Shown here one piece after another: positions 13,201 to 28,380 of a stretch of DNA of 52,030 nucleotides. The notes under the pieces are model-generated. The model did not search any database. It was not told the origin of the DNA and saw nothing but the letters and a program-made list of their open reading frames with translations. A program made the translations under genes and the position numbers. Position 1 is the first letter of the stretch. Every line of letters begins with the position of its first letter. The stretch lies in the NCBI RefSeq assembly GCF_001194135.2, contig NC_068992.1:4467743-4519772 (forward strand), given 5' to 3'. The DNA comes from Octopus bimaculoides (Eukaryota).

Positions 13201-14239
13201 CGAGTGGGTTGCAGTTCTATCACCCCATGTGAGTCACTGCTGATTAACCTCTTCGCTGCGCAATTAAAGTTCACGGTAGTATTAATATTTTCTTCTTCTG
13301 CAATATATTTTTCACTATCTCTTGTAAGTACAGTGCTCATATCCACCACCAAAAGCATTTGATTCTAGCTCCGTCAACAGATATTTGATGAAATATGTGG
13401 AAAAAAAAGAAGAAAAAAAAAGGCAAGAAATCAAGAAAATCTGAAAAATATTGTCTTTTTGCAAAAAGTGTAACTAGGTAGTCTCCGCGTCACGTATCAT
13501 AAGGAGAGACCATTTCTAACTCATAGGGTGAAACTGCTTCCTGCAGTTAACGGTAATAAAGTTTTGATCGGATGTATCCGGTTTTCGGATTGAAAGGGTC
13601 AGCATTATAGTAAAAGACCCATTTATTATGCGCAACGACAACACCGTTCAAAAGAGTCAATTATAGCTAATGTGAATGTAATGTTTCTCAATAATTAACA
13701 CGTTGTTCATCATTATCATCTCACTGATAATGTGGGACATATATTTTAACATTTGAAGCCTGTTCAAAACCTTTCTAATACGTGGGACACATTTACACAG
13801 CTGGCATTGAAAGTCCTGATACACTACGTAAAATCAGATAGCTGCTTCCATTGTTTCTTTCACGCGACTATCTCTCCCATGGCTCATTTTAAACACGAAG
13901 TCCCTAATGCTAAAAAAAGTACACATGTCCTACACATTCATTAAATTTTTGATCGAATGCTATAATTGCATTGGGAGGGTTATGACCTCATTTTAAATGT
14001 CGCAAACCATGAGATGACGAAACTGAGTTTTAGAGGGACCGAATATGAAGATCAGTCTGCAAAGAGACTCATGACTAATGTTTTCATATACTGTAAGTAT
14101 AAAGTCTACTAATCATACAAACATTACTAACCAACACACTAAAATCTTTAACATTTTGATTAAGATTCGAACAAAACTTCCGTTAAAATATGATAGACAT
14201 ACATACGTACATACGTATATATATCTATCTATCTATCTA

Positions 14240-14293
<54 letters not shown>

Positions 14294-14691
14294 TGCACAA
14301 CCACAAAACACTTACACACGCATACTTACATGTTGTGTGTGAGTGTTTGTGTATATATTAATGTATGCGTATTTACATTGGTTGATTCTTAAAAGGTAAT
14401 TCACAAGCAGAAATAATGATTTGGCTGTTTATGACAACGTGAGCCAGGCGTTAAATCTTTAGTGATCTGTTGCTTCTATTTCTCTATGATCGGCGTTATT
14501 TGACATATAACCTGAAGAAAATTAACTAAAAGGGTCAGAGGTCAATTTGAACAAAGAGCTGTGAATAGAAAGAAGGAACTTCAAGCAGTGTCTTTGAATT
14601 TATAAATCATAGTCAGACTTTCTACAGCGGCTTGAGGTTTCTAATGCATACATGCAAATGTGTTAGCATTCAGAAGTACCAACGAATCATT

Positions 14692-14757
<66 letters not shown>

Positions 14758-14807
14758 AGTTGTAAATGCAAAGTATTAGCAGACTCTCAGGGAAAGAAAG
14801 AAAGGTA

Positions 14808-14842
14808 GTTTTACGTTTCGAGCAAAGCTCTTCTTCGGAAAC
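14808..14842 (-). ncRNA. Minimal hammerhead ribozyme motif with U4C core
   Basis: Reverse complement: GTTT|CCGAAGA|A-GAGC-TTT-GCTC|GAAA|CG|TA|AAAC. Stem I GTTT/AAAC, stem II GAGC/GCTC, palindromic ACGT stem III, cleavage triplet GUA. Confidence 0.6.
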
Positions 14843-16456
14843 AGAAGACAGAGGTAAGTCCAAGAGAAAAGGAAGACAGGGGAAAAATAATCGCCAACGA
14901 TTCACATATATTCATATGCATATGTGTACAATTAATCCATTCGATATGTGTACAGTTGTTTTGTAGTCAACATTCAGTTATTGTACATCTGCGACGATAA
15001 TGTATTGAACTCATATATTTAGTATACATATAGATGCACATATATAGTTGTATCCTAATGTGATAAAATTTCTCATCCGAGTATTTAATGTCATATTGGG
15101 CTAAAACATATACATATTTTATACACACATATACACACGCACGTACACACGCACACACGCGTCGTAATATCGTTGGAATAAACAGGTTACATTAAAATTA
15201 AGATTAAAATATTTTCTGATAAGTCTGAAGTAAATCTGCACAATGTTTTTTCGTTAGCTACAAGTACATTAAAAACTATATTTTAAATGTAATTTTTCAA
15301 ATATAGATTATTAAGAAAAGTAATATTGACAATCCATTGAACACTGTTCAACACTATCAAAGACGCATTGATATCACTTACATCAAACGAATCAAAGTTA
15401 AATTTTAACAGCTTTATACAAGATGCTGTGAACATGGCTTGTAATCTATCTTACCCGGAATATGTTAGTAACTGTAATATAAAGACAGAATGATAGTGGT
15501 TTCTATCAGCGACATGTTCAGATGATTTGATGGGTTAGGGAAGCCTTTGTTGTATAAAGTAACCCTCGTACTGCATCGGCACTTTTATTTCGTTCACACC
15601 AGTAAAAGAAATAGCACATTTGATATTAGAGAAATTCATATTCTCCAAATGAACAGTGGGAGCCTTGGCCATTTAGCATTTTGTCCTAAGTTTGAACGAT
15701 TCTGACAATCAGTTAACTCTAACTGACAAAACAAATTTACAAAACCAGATATTTGGCGGGAAGTAACGAGCCCATTATACTGAATAATATCCTTTATTAA
15801 TATCTTCTTTTTCGACAGTGCTAAAGTGTGAAACCTTTATAGCTGAAGGTAAAATCAAACGTTAACACACACACATACACGCACACACACACACATGATA
15901 TATGTATATGTAGGCGTGTGTGTGTTTCTGTGAGCGTGTGCATACTAGTATGTGTGTATGTATTTCATGCACAGAGGTTTGAAGTGTTGCTTGGATTTGC
16001 ATCAAAGCAACCGCAATGCCGTTCGTTAAAGATTGATGGATATAAAATCTATTGTAAGCGAGACCCTACTATGACCGTGGTCTAAAATCTAAAACCACTA
16101 AAATAATGCAAGAATGGACGGAAGCTAATTTAGTCTCCATTTGATTTATGGAGCTGTTTTTCATCGCTAAAAGAATGGCATACTTATGTTGTAAATTAGT
16201 ATACAGTACATTTATGTATTGATTTCAACGTGTCCTGTTTTGCCAAGAAACATGTTCAATGCAATTGCGCACATCCTGTATGTAATGATTTGCTTTGCAC
16301 ATGTCCATTGCAAGAAATAATATTAATAATGTACATTCAGATGGTATATCTATATTATATGATGATAAACATTATTTCTAATCTAATATGAATTAATGCC
16401 ATATAGCCAGATTTATTGATAATTATATATAATAAAATGGGATATAGCGTAATGCC

Positions 16457-16488
<32 letters not shown>

Positions 16489-16589
16489 GAGAGAGTGAGA
16501 GTGAGAGAGAATGAGAGAGAGATAATGCATACATATTTATACATCAGCATTTATGTTTGTGTATGCGTGTGCAAAGGCACGCGTGCGTG

Positions 16590-16653
<64 letters not shown>

Positions 16654-16741
16654 ATATATATATACATACATAATTGACATCACTATCGCTCATAACCTAC
16701 ATATATACATATATATACATGCATATATACATACATACATA

Positions 16742-16792
<51 letters not shown>

Positions 16793-16860
16793 NNNNNNNN
16801 NNNNNNNNNNNNNNNNNNNNNNNNNNNNNNNNNNNNNNNNNNNNNNNNNNNNNNNNNNNN

Positions 16861-16916
<56 letters not shown>

Positions 16917-17398
16917 TCATAAATACATACATACGTTGAGTATCCACTGATGGTTAATTGCCATTTTCATAAGCGTTTTTGCGTATTCTATTTCTTCAGT
17001 TCTTCACCGCGTCTCTTCGGTTACATTTGTGTCAGACGTTTTAGTATTTCGATTCACAGATATCATTCATTCCTTATACATTGCCTCCAATGAATTGTAG
17101 GCATTTGTTGCAATGCTAATTAAATATACACGGAACTCATAGGAGGAAAGGGGAACTGCTTACAACAGAGTAAATCCAACTAAGCTTGAGGGGACATCGT
17201 TAAAATTAATTACTGATTAAATCTACAAGCGGAGAACATCAAGGCCACTCTTCGACGAGCTTCCACGCAGTTTCCTTTACCGAATGTATTGGGGATTATT
17301 GAATAAATAAAAAGTTTTCATTTTAAATGAAACGGGCTTTAAAAAAATTATTTGCATAACATAATGTTAATGTAAATAATTTCAAATTATATTAGTGA

Positions 17399-17640
17399 GG
17401 TGAAAGTGCGTGGCTTCGTGGTTAGGGGTGAAGCATTCTCAGACAGGGTCTGTGTTGTTTTTCGTTTCATGTTGCAGCAGTCTGCGAGCCATGTGATGGA
17501 CTGGCGCTCCGTTGAGGCGGTAGGTTGAGGTGCCCGCCTAATCAGTGCCGTGTTATCATTCGAAAGCTACGACAATGCGCGAAAGCGCATCGTGGCCAAT
17601 GGTGTATATAGTTGGCCGAGAGTCACTGTAGTGCTATTAG
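17399..17640 (+). mobile_element. tRNA-derived SINE, third tail type
   Basis: Head GTGAAAGTGCGTGGCTTCGTGGTTAGGG (same as family B), TGTGTTGTT..TTTCATGTTGC core, then a different GC-rich body GATGGACTGGCG..GCCGTGTTATCATTCGAAAGCTACGACAATGCG. Confidence 0.7.
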
Positions 17641-19489
17641 TAAGGTACTTTAAATATCAATTCTAATTCAGGCGTATTTGTTGCGTGAACGTGTGTATTA
17701 AAGTGTACATCCGCACAGTATGGTTCTGCGTATATTCCTTGGTAGCGAAAAAGTTAGTAGCATATGTTAAAATACAATGTTTAATAACACTGAGCTATAA
17801 ATTTCGGCAATACAACCAGAAATATATTAATCTTGGTAATGGTTAAGATTTTCTTAGTATACGGAAGATTATTCTGGTTACAACTTTTAATAGCTTCTCT
17901 TATTTTTACGGCAATAAGAGACAAAAACAATAACAAAATAGGACGGACAAGAACTGCTCGTCTTCTGATAGATACTGATTTAGCCACTTTAAATCAGACA
18001 AAAAAAGTAATAATAAAGAAGAGAAAAAACACAGAAGACAACATCTAGACTAATCTATCTATCTAACGATTAATATCTATTTGCTATATTAGTTATTTTG
18101 TTCTTTGTTCTCCCCTTATTAATGTCCATTATTTATATGCTAATGCTTTCCGTTCAATGATGTCTGAGATAATGGAAAGGTTAGCTGTCCTTAGATTTCA
18201 ATATTCGAACATAAAAGTCTTCCCGTTATTTCCCGAATGTTAGGTCAATAACGGATGACTTCAGTGCACTTCAATTATGCTGCACTAAAAGTAATTCCTT
18301 TTAACTTATCACTATACTAAGGCATTGACATTTAACCGAGTGAATTTTTAGGCAACCCAGCACGAATTGAACATACAAGTTAAATGTAAAGAAAATGCTA
18401 TATTTTTAAACGATACACATCTAATTGAATCAACGTGTGGCACCCCTTTGAAACAGAACAGCACCACTTCATTAAACTAATAAATCTCTGTAGAAATATC
18501 GACACAAGAGTTTGTTTCGGATAAAAATACATTCAGTAATAGTATTTACTTTCCTCTTTTTTGATTCTTTTAGTGATTTTAATTTTGTTTTATATTTCAG
18601 AGTAGAATAAACTCAATATATTGAATCAGTGTCTATATAGTGATAGACACTGTAACAAATTACCCGTAGGAATTGTATAAAAATTGATGATTATATTCTT
18701 TCTGTCAATCATTATCCATCGATTCATTCTCCATATAGTCATTCAGAAGATCATTCCTTTATTCAATTAACCATTGATTTATCCGTACTATGCGATAGTT
18801 ACATAATTTATTAACTCATTCAAACTTAAGATGCAATAACTGAATTAGAGTCATGTAAGAAAGAAAAGCCGATTATGCAGAGTCTTTTGGTAGCACCATA
18901 GAATGCGCAACAAGTTCCCTCGCAAAAGTTGGTGTTAAACTAATAACACTTTGGCATCTTAAATGAAACATGTGTCGACAGAAGGCATTTTCTCTACGGT
19001 TATAAACTTGTTTTCTTCGAAATGACATCCAGAGATCCTAATCTGAAGAAATCAATAAATTCGAAAGGCACCTACGAGAGAGCCTGAAGGCGGTCATTCA
19101 ATCCACTAGAAATTGAAGTTATATATCTCTTTCACATTAGTCAAAATCATCTTAAAATGCAGGAAAGCACACGGTGAACGACGCCACTATTACAATGCAA
19201 AAGAAAAAAAATGAAGAGACCGTGATAGTTTTTCGTAACTGTCCGGTATAGGAACACTTTTGCATTTTGTTTTGTGTAAGTATTCCATCTCTGAATGCGT
19301 GTGTATGTGTGCGGTAGTCTATATGTGTATGCGTGATGTTTGTGCGCTCGCGTATGTATTATGTGTATGAATTAATTGACTTTTGTGTCTATCTGATTTT
19401 CTTTCTCTCTCTCTATCTTTCTATCTGTATGTCCATTATTTTTTATCCTTTACGTCTTTCAGTCTGTGGTTTGAAGGAAGTACAGGGTT

Positions 19490-19765
19490 CTAGTCGAATA
19501 AATCACCCCTAATTTTTATTTGATACAATGATACTTATTCTATCGGTTTCTTTTGCTGAGTCGCTATGTTGCAGAGAAGTACACAAACCAGCGGGAGGAC
19601 AAACAAAAATACAGAGACAAACATATAATACATACGGCGGGTTTTACACAGTTTCCCTCTACCAAGTCTAATCAAAAGGTTTAGATAAGCCTGCATGTAT
19701 AGCACTGAACACAATGCGAGAGAATGCAAGGCGATCATATTAACACTACACCAAGCCTGCGCCTG
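19490..19765 (-). mobile_element. SINE family E, diverged
   Basis: TACTTATTCTATCGGTTTCTTTTGCTGAGTCGCTA..GGGAGGACAAAC..TACGGCGGG..CAGTTTCCCTCTACCAAG..CCTGCGCCT, homologous to 45745-46135. Confidence 0.6.
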
Positions 19766-20850
19766 ATGTACGCTCTGATACTATGCGCTCTGCTACTATC
19801 CTTACGTTCTTTACATATATCAATGTTTACATTATTCAAAGTAAATTTCATAGATAACGATAAACAAATAAAATATCAATAACATATCAGAAGATTTTAG
19901 TGCTATTTGCAACATTTCTAATGAATGCTTACAGAGTCTCTGTCGCAAGCTCGATTAAAGATACATGTATGTCATTAGGTTAGGTACTTTCGTATAATTT
20001 TCACAATATATATAAAGTGCTAGCATATCCCTTGGGAAATAAATAGTAAAAGTTAAGAGCTGGGATATGAGTTATAGAATTGCTTCACTAGGCCATCCCA
20101 TAATTCTCTACGGTTCAAGGCACATGTATACATCATTTACATTCAAGTTTATATATATGTTATATGCTCGCCACACAATATATTTATATGTATACACATA
20201 GATATATATACATACAAACGCACATATATATACACACACAACATATATACATATGTNNNNNNNNNNNNNNNNNNNNNNNNNNNNNNNNNNNNNNNNNNNN
20301 NNNNNNNNNNNNNNNNNNNNNNNNNNNNNNNNNNNNNNNNNNNNNNNNNNNNNNNNNNNNNNNNNNNNNNNNNNNNNNNNNNNNNNNNNNNNNNNNNNNN
20401 NNNNNNNNNNNNNNNNNNNNNNNNATATATATAAATGTATATATACATACCTACATATGCATACATACATGCATACATATGTGTGTGTATCTCTGCGCAT
20501 TCATATATGTAGGCTAATACTGGTATTCCTTTAGACAGACTGCTGTCACAACGGTAATTAAAAGTGGGCTACAGACCTTTTAAAGATATTCTTACTTACC
20601 CCTGCAATAGGCAAGTTTCCAACAGAAAAAAAAGTACTCCGCAAAGTTGTTATACATTTTGTAATTTGTCAATTTATTTTTAGTTCTTTATGCATTTATA
20701 TACCTTCGAAAGATGCTTACTTATATTTTGCTTTTATTATTAAATGGGATACCAGAAACACGCACGCACGCGCGCACACGCACACACACACATACACACA
20801 CACACATACACACACACACACACACATATATTTTTTCTTTTTTACTCAGT

Positions 20851-21032
20851 CACAAGACCCGTAATTTTTGGGGAGGAGGCCATTCGATTAGATCGAGCCC
20901 AGTATGCAAATGGTACTTAGCTTATCGACGCCGAAAGGATGGCAGGCAGAGTCGACTTCAGCAGAACGTGTACTCAGAACGCAAAGATAGACGAAATACC
21001 GCTAAGCATTTCGCCCGGCGTGCTAACATTTC
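20851..21032 (-). mobile_element. SINE family A copy
   Basis: CCCAGTATGCAAATGGTACTTA..GAAAGGATGGCAGGCAGAGTCGAC..GACGAAATACCGCTAAGCATTTCGCCCGGCGTGCTAAC, matching 11733-11943. Confidence 0.85.
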
Positions 21033-21257
21033 TCTCTATATATATAGAACGCAACAAGAATCAACGTAAAACTTTATCGAGATATATATCAAAGAATATT
21101 GCAGTAAAGACCATGAAGAAACTGCACCGTCATTACAGTAAAGCTGCAATTGCAGCGGTTGTTAACCGGCGCAATCGAAACATGTGTAGGCCTATTTTGA
21201 GGCAGTATTCATATATAAAGCCAATTCTAATGCTGCTTTGTCATAATCCTTATTGTG

Positions 21258-21335
21258 ATACTGTGGTAAAGTAGCTTGCTTACCAACCACATCGTGCTGT
21301 GAAAACTTGGGTAAGTGCCATCTACTATAGATACT
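21258..21335 (+). mobile_element. SINE family E head fragment
   Basis: CTGTGGTAAAGTAGCTTGCTTACCAACCACAT..CTTGGGTAAGTGCCATCTACTATAG. Confidence 0.65.
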
Positions 21336-21939
21336 CATCAATCTATCATTCATCAATTTATATTTGTCAATCTATCATTCTGTCTCTTTGTCCCTCTAAC
21401 TATCTACCTCACTCTCTTTCTCTTTGTCTCTTTCTAGCTAGCTAACTGATTCAGAAATTCACACGACAATCAGACAAATATTGTCCTATTATTACCATGA
21501 TGTAATATTACTAACAAGATATACATTGTCGTAACAAAAGCAGTTGCATTATAATGACGGCAAATATTTTCTTGGTTGGCAGTGCTATCATTAACGTCCT
21601 CTTCATGGCCAGATGTTTTAGATTGGATTAGGAATCTATCTCCATAGAACACTTAAGTGCAAGTAACTCTAATGCTACAAGACGTAAGAAGCCATATTTG
21701 TCCCAATGCAGGTTGGAGGTTGAATGAAACGATGATGATTGAGATAGATAAATCATCGCTAAAATGACTGTGGATGTGGGATTTTCAGGTTAAATTGAAA
21801 TACGTCAGCTTACAGAGATGTCAAATATCTAAGATCGTTTGCTAAAATGTCATGGATGCTTTAATGAATGGACTTAACAATTTAAATCTGATATTTGACT
21901 TGATTAATTTTGGCAACTCCAGCAAAATTGTGATTATAT

Positions 21940-22366
21940 TAGCTTGTAGTAGGCTTGTGGGTACATGTGTGTCTGCGCATTTAAGAAGTGTCGTTTTCTA
22001 TATTCCTGGCTTGATCATAGCCTTGTAAGTTTAATGACTGGACGGAAAGAAGCGAAAATCAGAAATACAAGTGTTAAAATACAATTGGACACTGGTAGTG
22101 ATATCACAATTATAAACGGAAAAATGGGGAAATATGTCGGTAAGCTGGAATTTATTAAATCGAGAAAGGTAGCACATGGTGATACGAGGAAATGATTATA
22201 TTTTTTCAGTGAATTTGTATGTAATATAACATTTCGAGGTCAAACGAAAGAGGCAAAGAAATATGTATTAAAAGATTCATTTAATCTGTTTGGCACAGAG
22301 TTGACGGATCTATTCAAATTGTGGAATATGTCCATAAGTGTTCTGGGTGGAAATATGGTCGGTTAA
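21940..22366 (+). mobile_element. Ty3/Gypsy LTR retrotransposon remnant: gag zinc-knuckle relic and aspartic protease
   Basis: CGYMCVCAFKKC..DHS, then VKIQLDTGSDITIINGKMGKYVGKLEFIKSRKVAHGDTRK*LYFFSEFVCNITFRGQTKEAKKYVLKDSFNLFGTELTDLFKLWNM. Contains the retropepsin LDTGS active site and the C-terminal LFG motif; stop at 22193-22195. Confidence 0.85.
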
Positions 22367-22467
22367 GTCGAAGGTTCGAATGGGGCTGAGGGACTGAAAC
22401 AAAAAAATTGAAGTAAAACAGAGTAGAACACCGGTATGTAAGCTAAAACGAAATAAAAAAATTGAAA

Positions 22468-22470
<3 letters not shown>

Positions 22471-22522
<52 letters not shown>

Positions 22523-22530
22523 TAATAATA
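22471..22530. repeat. (TAA)n trinucleotide repeat
   Basis: Directly visible; source of the poly-I/poly-L ORFs. Confidence 0.95.
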
Positions 22531-22539
22531 ATGACAACA

Positions 22540-22712
22540 TCGAAAAATACCTCAGGAATGAGAACCCTGGTTCGAAATTTCCCCAAGACACCTAATGAAG
22601 CCTGGAGAGTATATCAGCCGAAACGTTGTGTTAACAACAAACAAGATGAGGACAATATCCGTAAAGAATGTAAATAATGTACATAATTCCTCATCTCTTA
22701 AATATAGAACTG
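22540..22712 (+). mobile_element. Penelope-like terminal repeat fragment carrying a hammerhead, directly after a (TAA)n tract
   Basis: Non-coding segment AAAAATACCTCAGGAATGAGAACC...AAATATAGAACTGTA containing the hammerhead fold. Family assignment inferred from the ribozyme topology. Confidence 0.5.
22587..22632 (+). ncRNA. Degenerate minimal hammerhead ribozyme (G5A core mutation)
   Basis: GACAC|CTAATGA|A-GCCTG..CAGCC|GAAAC|GTT|GTGTT. Stem I GACAC/GTGTT; stem II 4 of 5 paired; palindromic AACGTT stem III. Core is CUAAUGA instead of CUGAUGA, so this copy is probably inactive. Confidence 0.6.
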
Positions 22713-23494
22713 TAATATATATATATATATCATATCATATTCCCTGGTTTTATTCTCTTGTACTTTCAACAATATTTACCTATGCCCGTAGTTTCATTAT
22801 TTATGACATTCTATAACACCATAAGCTCTCACCTGTCATTCTTGTTTACGCGCTGATTTGCATCTCCGAGTATATACGTGTAAAATATGAATGACACCTA
22901 CAGTTATTCCCCGCCTTTTTTTTTTCCTTTCTTTGTTATTAATTCTCCCCCTCGAAACTCTGGCAGTTCAAATAAAAAGAGAATGCTATCAAAATAGATG
23001 GAGGGAATTATATATATATACAAAGAAACATATTTATGTTTGCCAAAATTTTCCAACTGAAATTTGATAAATAATTTCGACATGAATTCCTCGAACTTTA
23101 GTTAAAATTTATATGAAATAAACCAGAATGCAATCCAGTAAACTTTTACCAGACGTTGTAATTAATAATGAATGGACTACATATTTGTAATGTTGTGTTA
23201 AAATGTTATTCAGTTTCGACAGTTACTTGTTAGTTCATTTCAGTATGAAATAAATCTTCGCCCTGTTCAATATGGTTCAATCATTCTAAACAAGTGATGG
23301 AGCTAAAAAAAGAAACACATTAACGAACCACAAAAACAAAAATAGCAAACACAAAAGAAAAAAAAATACTTTTAAAAAGAAACAGAGAAAAAAACTATTT
23401 ATTAACTTACGTGAAGAGTTTACATATACAAATAGATTATCTTCGTTGATAAAATCAGTCACATTACCATGGAAGTTCAGAGTGGAAATTTTAA

Positions 23495-25525
<2,031 letters not shown>

Positions 25526-25526
25526 T

Positions 25527-25612
25527 GCGTGGTCAGAAATTTGTGTTGTGTCCTTGAGCAAGTCACTTTCTTTGACTTTGCTCCTGTTCACTCAGCGGTC
25601 GAAAGGAATTGT
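25527..25612 (+). mobile_element. SINE family B core fragment
   Basis: GTGTTGTGTCCTTGAGCAAGTCACTTT..TTGCTCCTGTTCACTCAGC, the sense-strand core of family B. Confidence 0.65.
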
Positions 25613-26577
25613 GACGTCGTTATTGAGAAGCTGTTCCGCCCTTTCCGTTCTCCTTGGTTACATGTGTACTGTATCTGTATGCATGCTTGTATATATATCG
25701 AGAATCGCTTCTCTCAAGGCTTACATTTTAAGATTCTGTACGAAACATCTTGTTTCACACGTTTTGTAATACTGTCAGTTTTGGTGATTTTAAGATTAAC
25801 AATAACGTTTGATTCCAAATTCATTTTTCGGTCATCTATCTGTGAACAGTTCAAATCTTTGTTGTTCTCTTGATTTTTTGTTGCTTTCTTCAGAATATCA
25901 GGTTCTGTTCAGCGATAAAAGTATAAAACGATGATGCTTGTTTTTTTCCCCCGAATTTTCTGTTACTTTAAAACTCTTGTGACATACCTTCAATATAGGT
26001 CTATGACACAGACAATAATCGTTTCTTATTGTTAAATATTTATCGGAAATCGTTGTGAAACTATTCTTAGGAATTCGGCGCACGATATATACGACTAAAC
26101 CTTCACATAGAAACATTTCGAGAACTCGAAATGACTCATCTAATTCAAACCATCTTCATTAATTTGAATTTGAATCGAACTGTTTTGACCCATGTCTGTA
26201 ACTAACAATACATTTGTTCCGTGCCTTTCTTTCGTTTGTCGACACTCTCGTGTATATATATATATATATACTTATTCTTTTACTCAATTCAGTCATTTTA
26301 CTGCGACCATTTTGAGCAGGATCAATTTAACTGATCCTGCTCAAAGTTTTGCATGTGTATATATTATCCAAAGTGTACAGTATTATATATCCATTACAGC
26401 CAATTTTAACAAACGGTTTCGCGCTAGGTATTGAACGGAATGTTAGGTAATAATCCGATTATTTCACCCTGAGCCAATATGGAATGAAATCTGCCCCCCA
26501 CCATATATATATATATATATATATATTTAAATACTCATGTACTTATACATACAGACATTTATATATATATATATATA

Positions 26578-27389
26578 NNNNNNNNNNNNNNNNNNNNNNN
26601 NNNNNNNNNNNNNNNNNNNNNNNNNNNNNNNNNNNNNNNNNNNNNNNNNNNNNNNNNNNNNNNNNNNNNNNNNNNNNNNNNNNNNNNNNNNNNNNNNNNN
26701 NNNNNNNNNNNNNNNNNNNNNNNNNNNNNNNNNNNNNNNNNNNNNNNNNNNNNNNNNNNNNNNNNNNNNNNNNNNNNNNNNNNNNNNNNNNNNNNNNNNN
26801 NNNNNNNNNNNNNNNNNNNNNNNNNNNNNNNNNNNNNNNNNNNNNNNNNNNNNNNNNNNNNNNNNNNNNNNNNNNNNNNNNNNNNNNNNNNNNNNNNNNN
26901 NNNNNNNNNNNNNNNNNNNNNNNNNNNNNNNNNNNNNNNNNNNNNNNNNNNNNNNNNNNNNNNNNNNNNNNNNNNNNNNNNNNNNNNNNNNNNNNNNNNN
27001 NNNNNNNNNNNNNNNNNNNNNNNNNNNNNNNNNNNNNNNNNNNNNNNNNNNNNNNNNNNNNNNNNNNNNNNNNNNNNNNNNNNNNNNNNNNNNNNNNNNN
27101 NNNNNNNNNNNNNNNNNNNNNNNNNNNNNNNNNNNNNNNNNNNNNNNNNNNNNNNNNNNNNNNNNNNNNNNNNNNNNNNNNNNNNNNNNNNNNNNNNNNN
27201 NNNNNNNNNNNNNNNNNNNNNNNNNNNNNNNNNNNNNNNNNNNNNNNNNNNNNNNNNNNNNNNNNNNNNNNNNNNNNNNNNNNNNNNNNNNNNNNNNNNN
27301 NNNNNNNNNNNNNNNNNNNNNNNNNNNNNNNNNNNNNNNNNNNNNNNNNNNNNNNNNNNNNNNNNNNNNNNNNNNNNNNNNNNNNNNNN

Positions 27390-27390
<1 letters not shown>
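26578..27390. other. Assembly gap (largest of 13)
   Basis: Run of N. Other gaps: 12146-12397, 16793-16860, 20257-20424, 23720-23729, 31338-31679, 32681-33242, 35271-35441, 38039-38229, 39236-39781, 41672-41681, 43512-43890, 49770-49975. Nearly all are flanked by dinucleotide repeats. Confidence 0.99.
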
Positions 27391-27427
<37 letters not shown>

Positions 27428-27938
27428 ACGTATGTATATGTATGTATGTTTACATCTAGGTATAACATTCTAATGCCTACACAAGACTACAAATTGATAA
27501 GTTTAAATTCTCTCAAACGCTATTTCTAAAACGAATAAGCAAAATATCATGTGGCTTAGTATTGCTGTTAGAATTCGCCGCCATTTCTGCTACACCATCA
27601 TTTTACTTGCAGAGCAAAGGTAAAAATATTAGCGTTAATAAATTATCAAGAGCTGCTGATATGCATCAGCATTACTAGAGAAACTGCCAAACAAGATTAG
27701 ATTAGCAACACCAATAAAGAGAGAACTAAAACAGCCAGTGCCTAGCTGATTTGATAAAGGAAAGAGAATTGTAGAGTCGTTTTGTTTTCCATTATATTCG
27801 ATCAAAGGCTAACATTTCTTCATTATTCTTAGGTGACAAGGAGAGAGGATTATCTTCATTGGAACGTGACTGCTAAATAAAAAAAAATAGAATATAAAAT
27901 ACAATAAGTATGTGGTGTGGACATCGTCTCCAGAAGAA

Positions 27939-27942
<4 letters not shown>

Positions 27943-27975
<33 letters not shown>

Positions 27976-28258
27976 GGTGGTGGTGGAAATGTAGTGTAAT
28001 AATTCCTTTTGGTCTTGAAAGCAGAAGAAAGAAAGGACAACAATGAATGGAGACTGGAAAAATACAATGGTAGGAAGGAGACATTATATACGAAAAAAAA
28101 TATGAACTCGGAAAAAAATATATATATATAATTGATGTCAAATCACAGAAAGTGAAGGAATAACTACTGCTGAAGAAAAAGAAAAACTAAACAAATTTAA
28201 TGAAAATAAGGTAAAGGGAATGAAGGAAAATAATACGTTTTAGTAGTAGTAGTAGTAA

Positions 28259-28348
<90 letters not shown>

Positions 28349-28380
28349 TAGGAGCATCAGCAGTAGTTGTAGTAGCAGCA
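27943..28380. repeat. (TAG)n/(TGG)n and (AGT)n/(AGC)n trinucleotide mosaics
   Basis: Directly visible; source of the poly-T/poly-L/poly-Y ORFs. Confidence 0.9.

Noticed and set aside
18628-18653. Perfect 10 bp hairpin CAGTGTCTAT/ATAGACACTG
   Set aside because: Short and isolated, with no Helitron CTRR end or other context; can arise by chance.
19040-19085. CTGAAGA..GAAAGGCACCTA hammerhead-like spacing
   Set aside because: No stem I and inconsistent stem II register.
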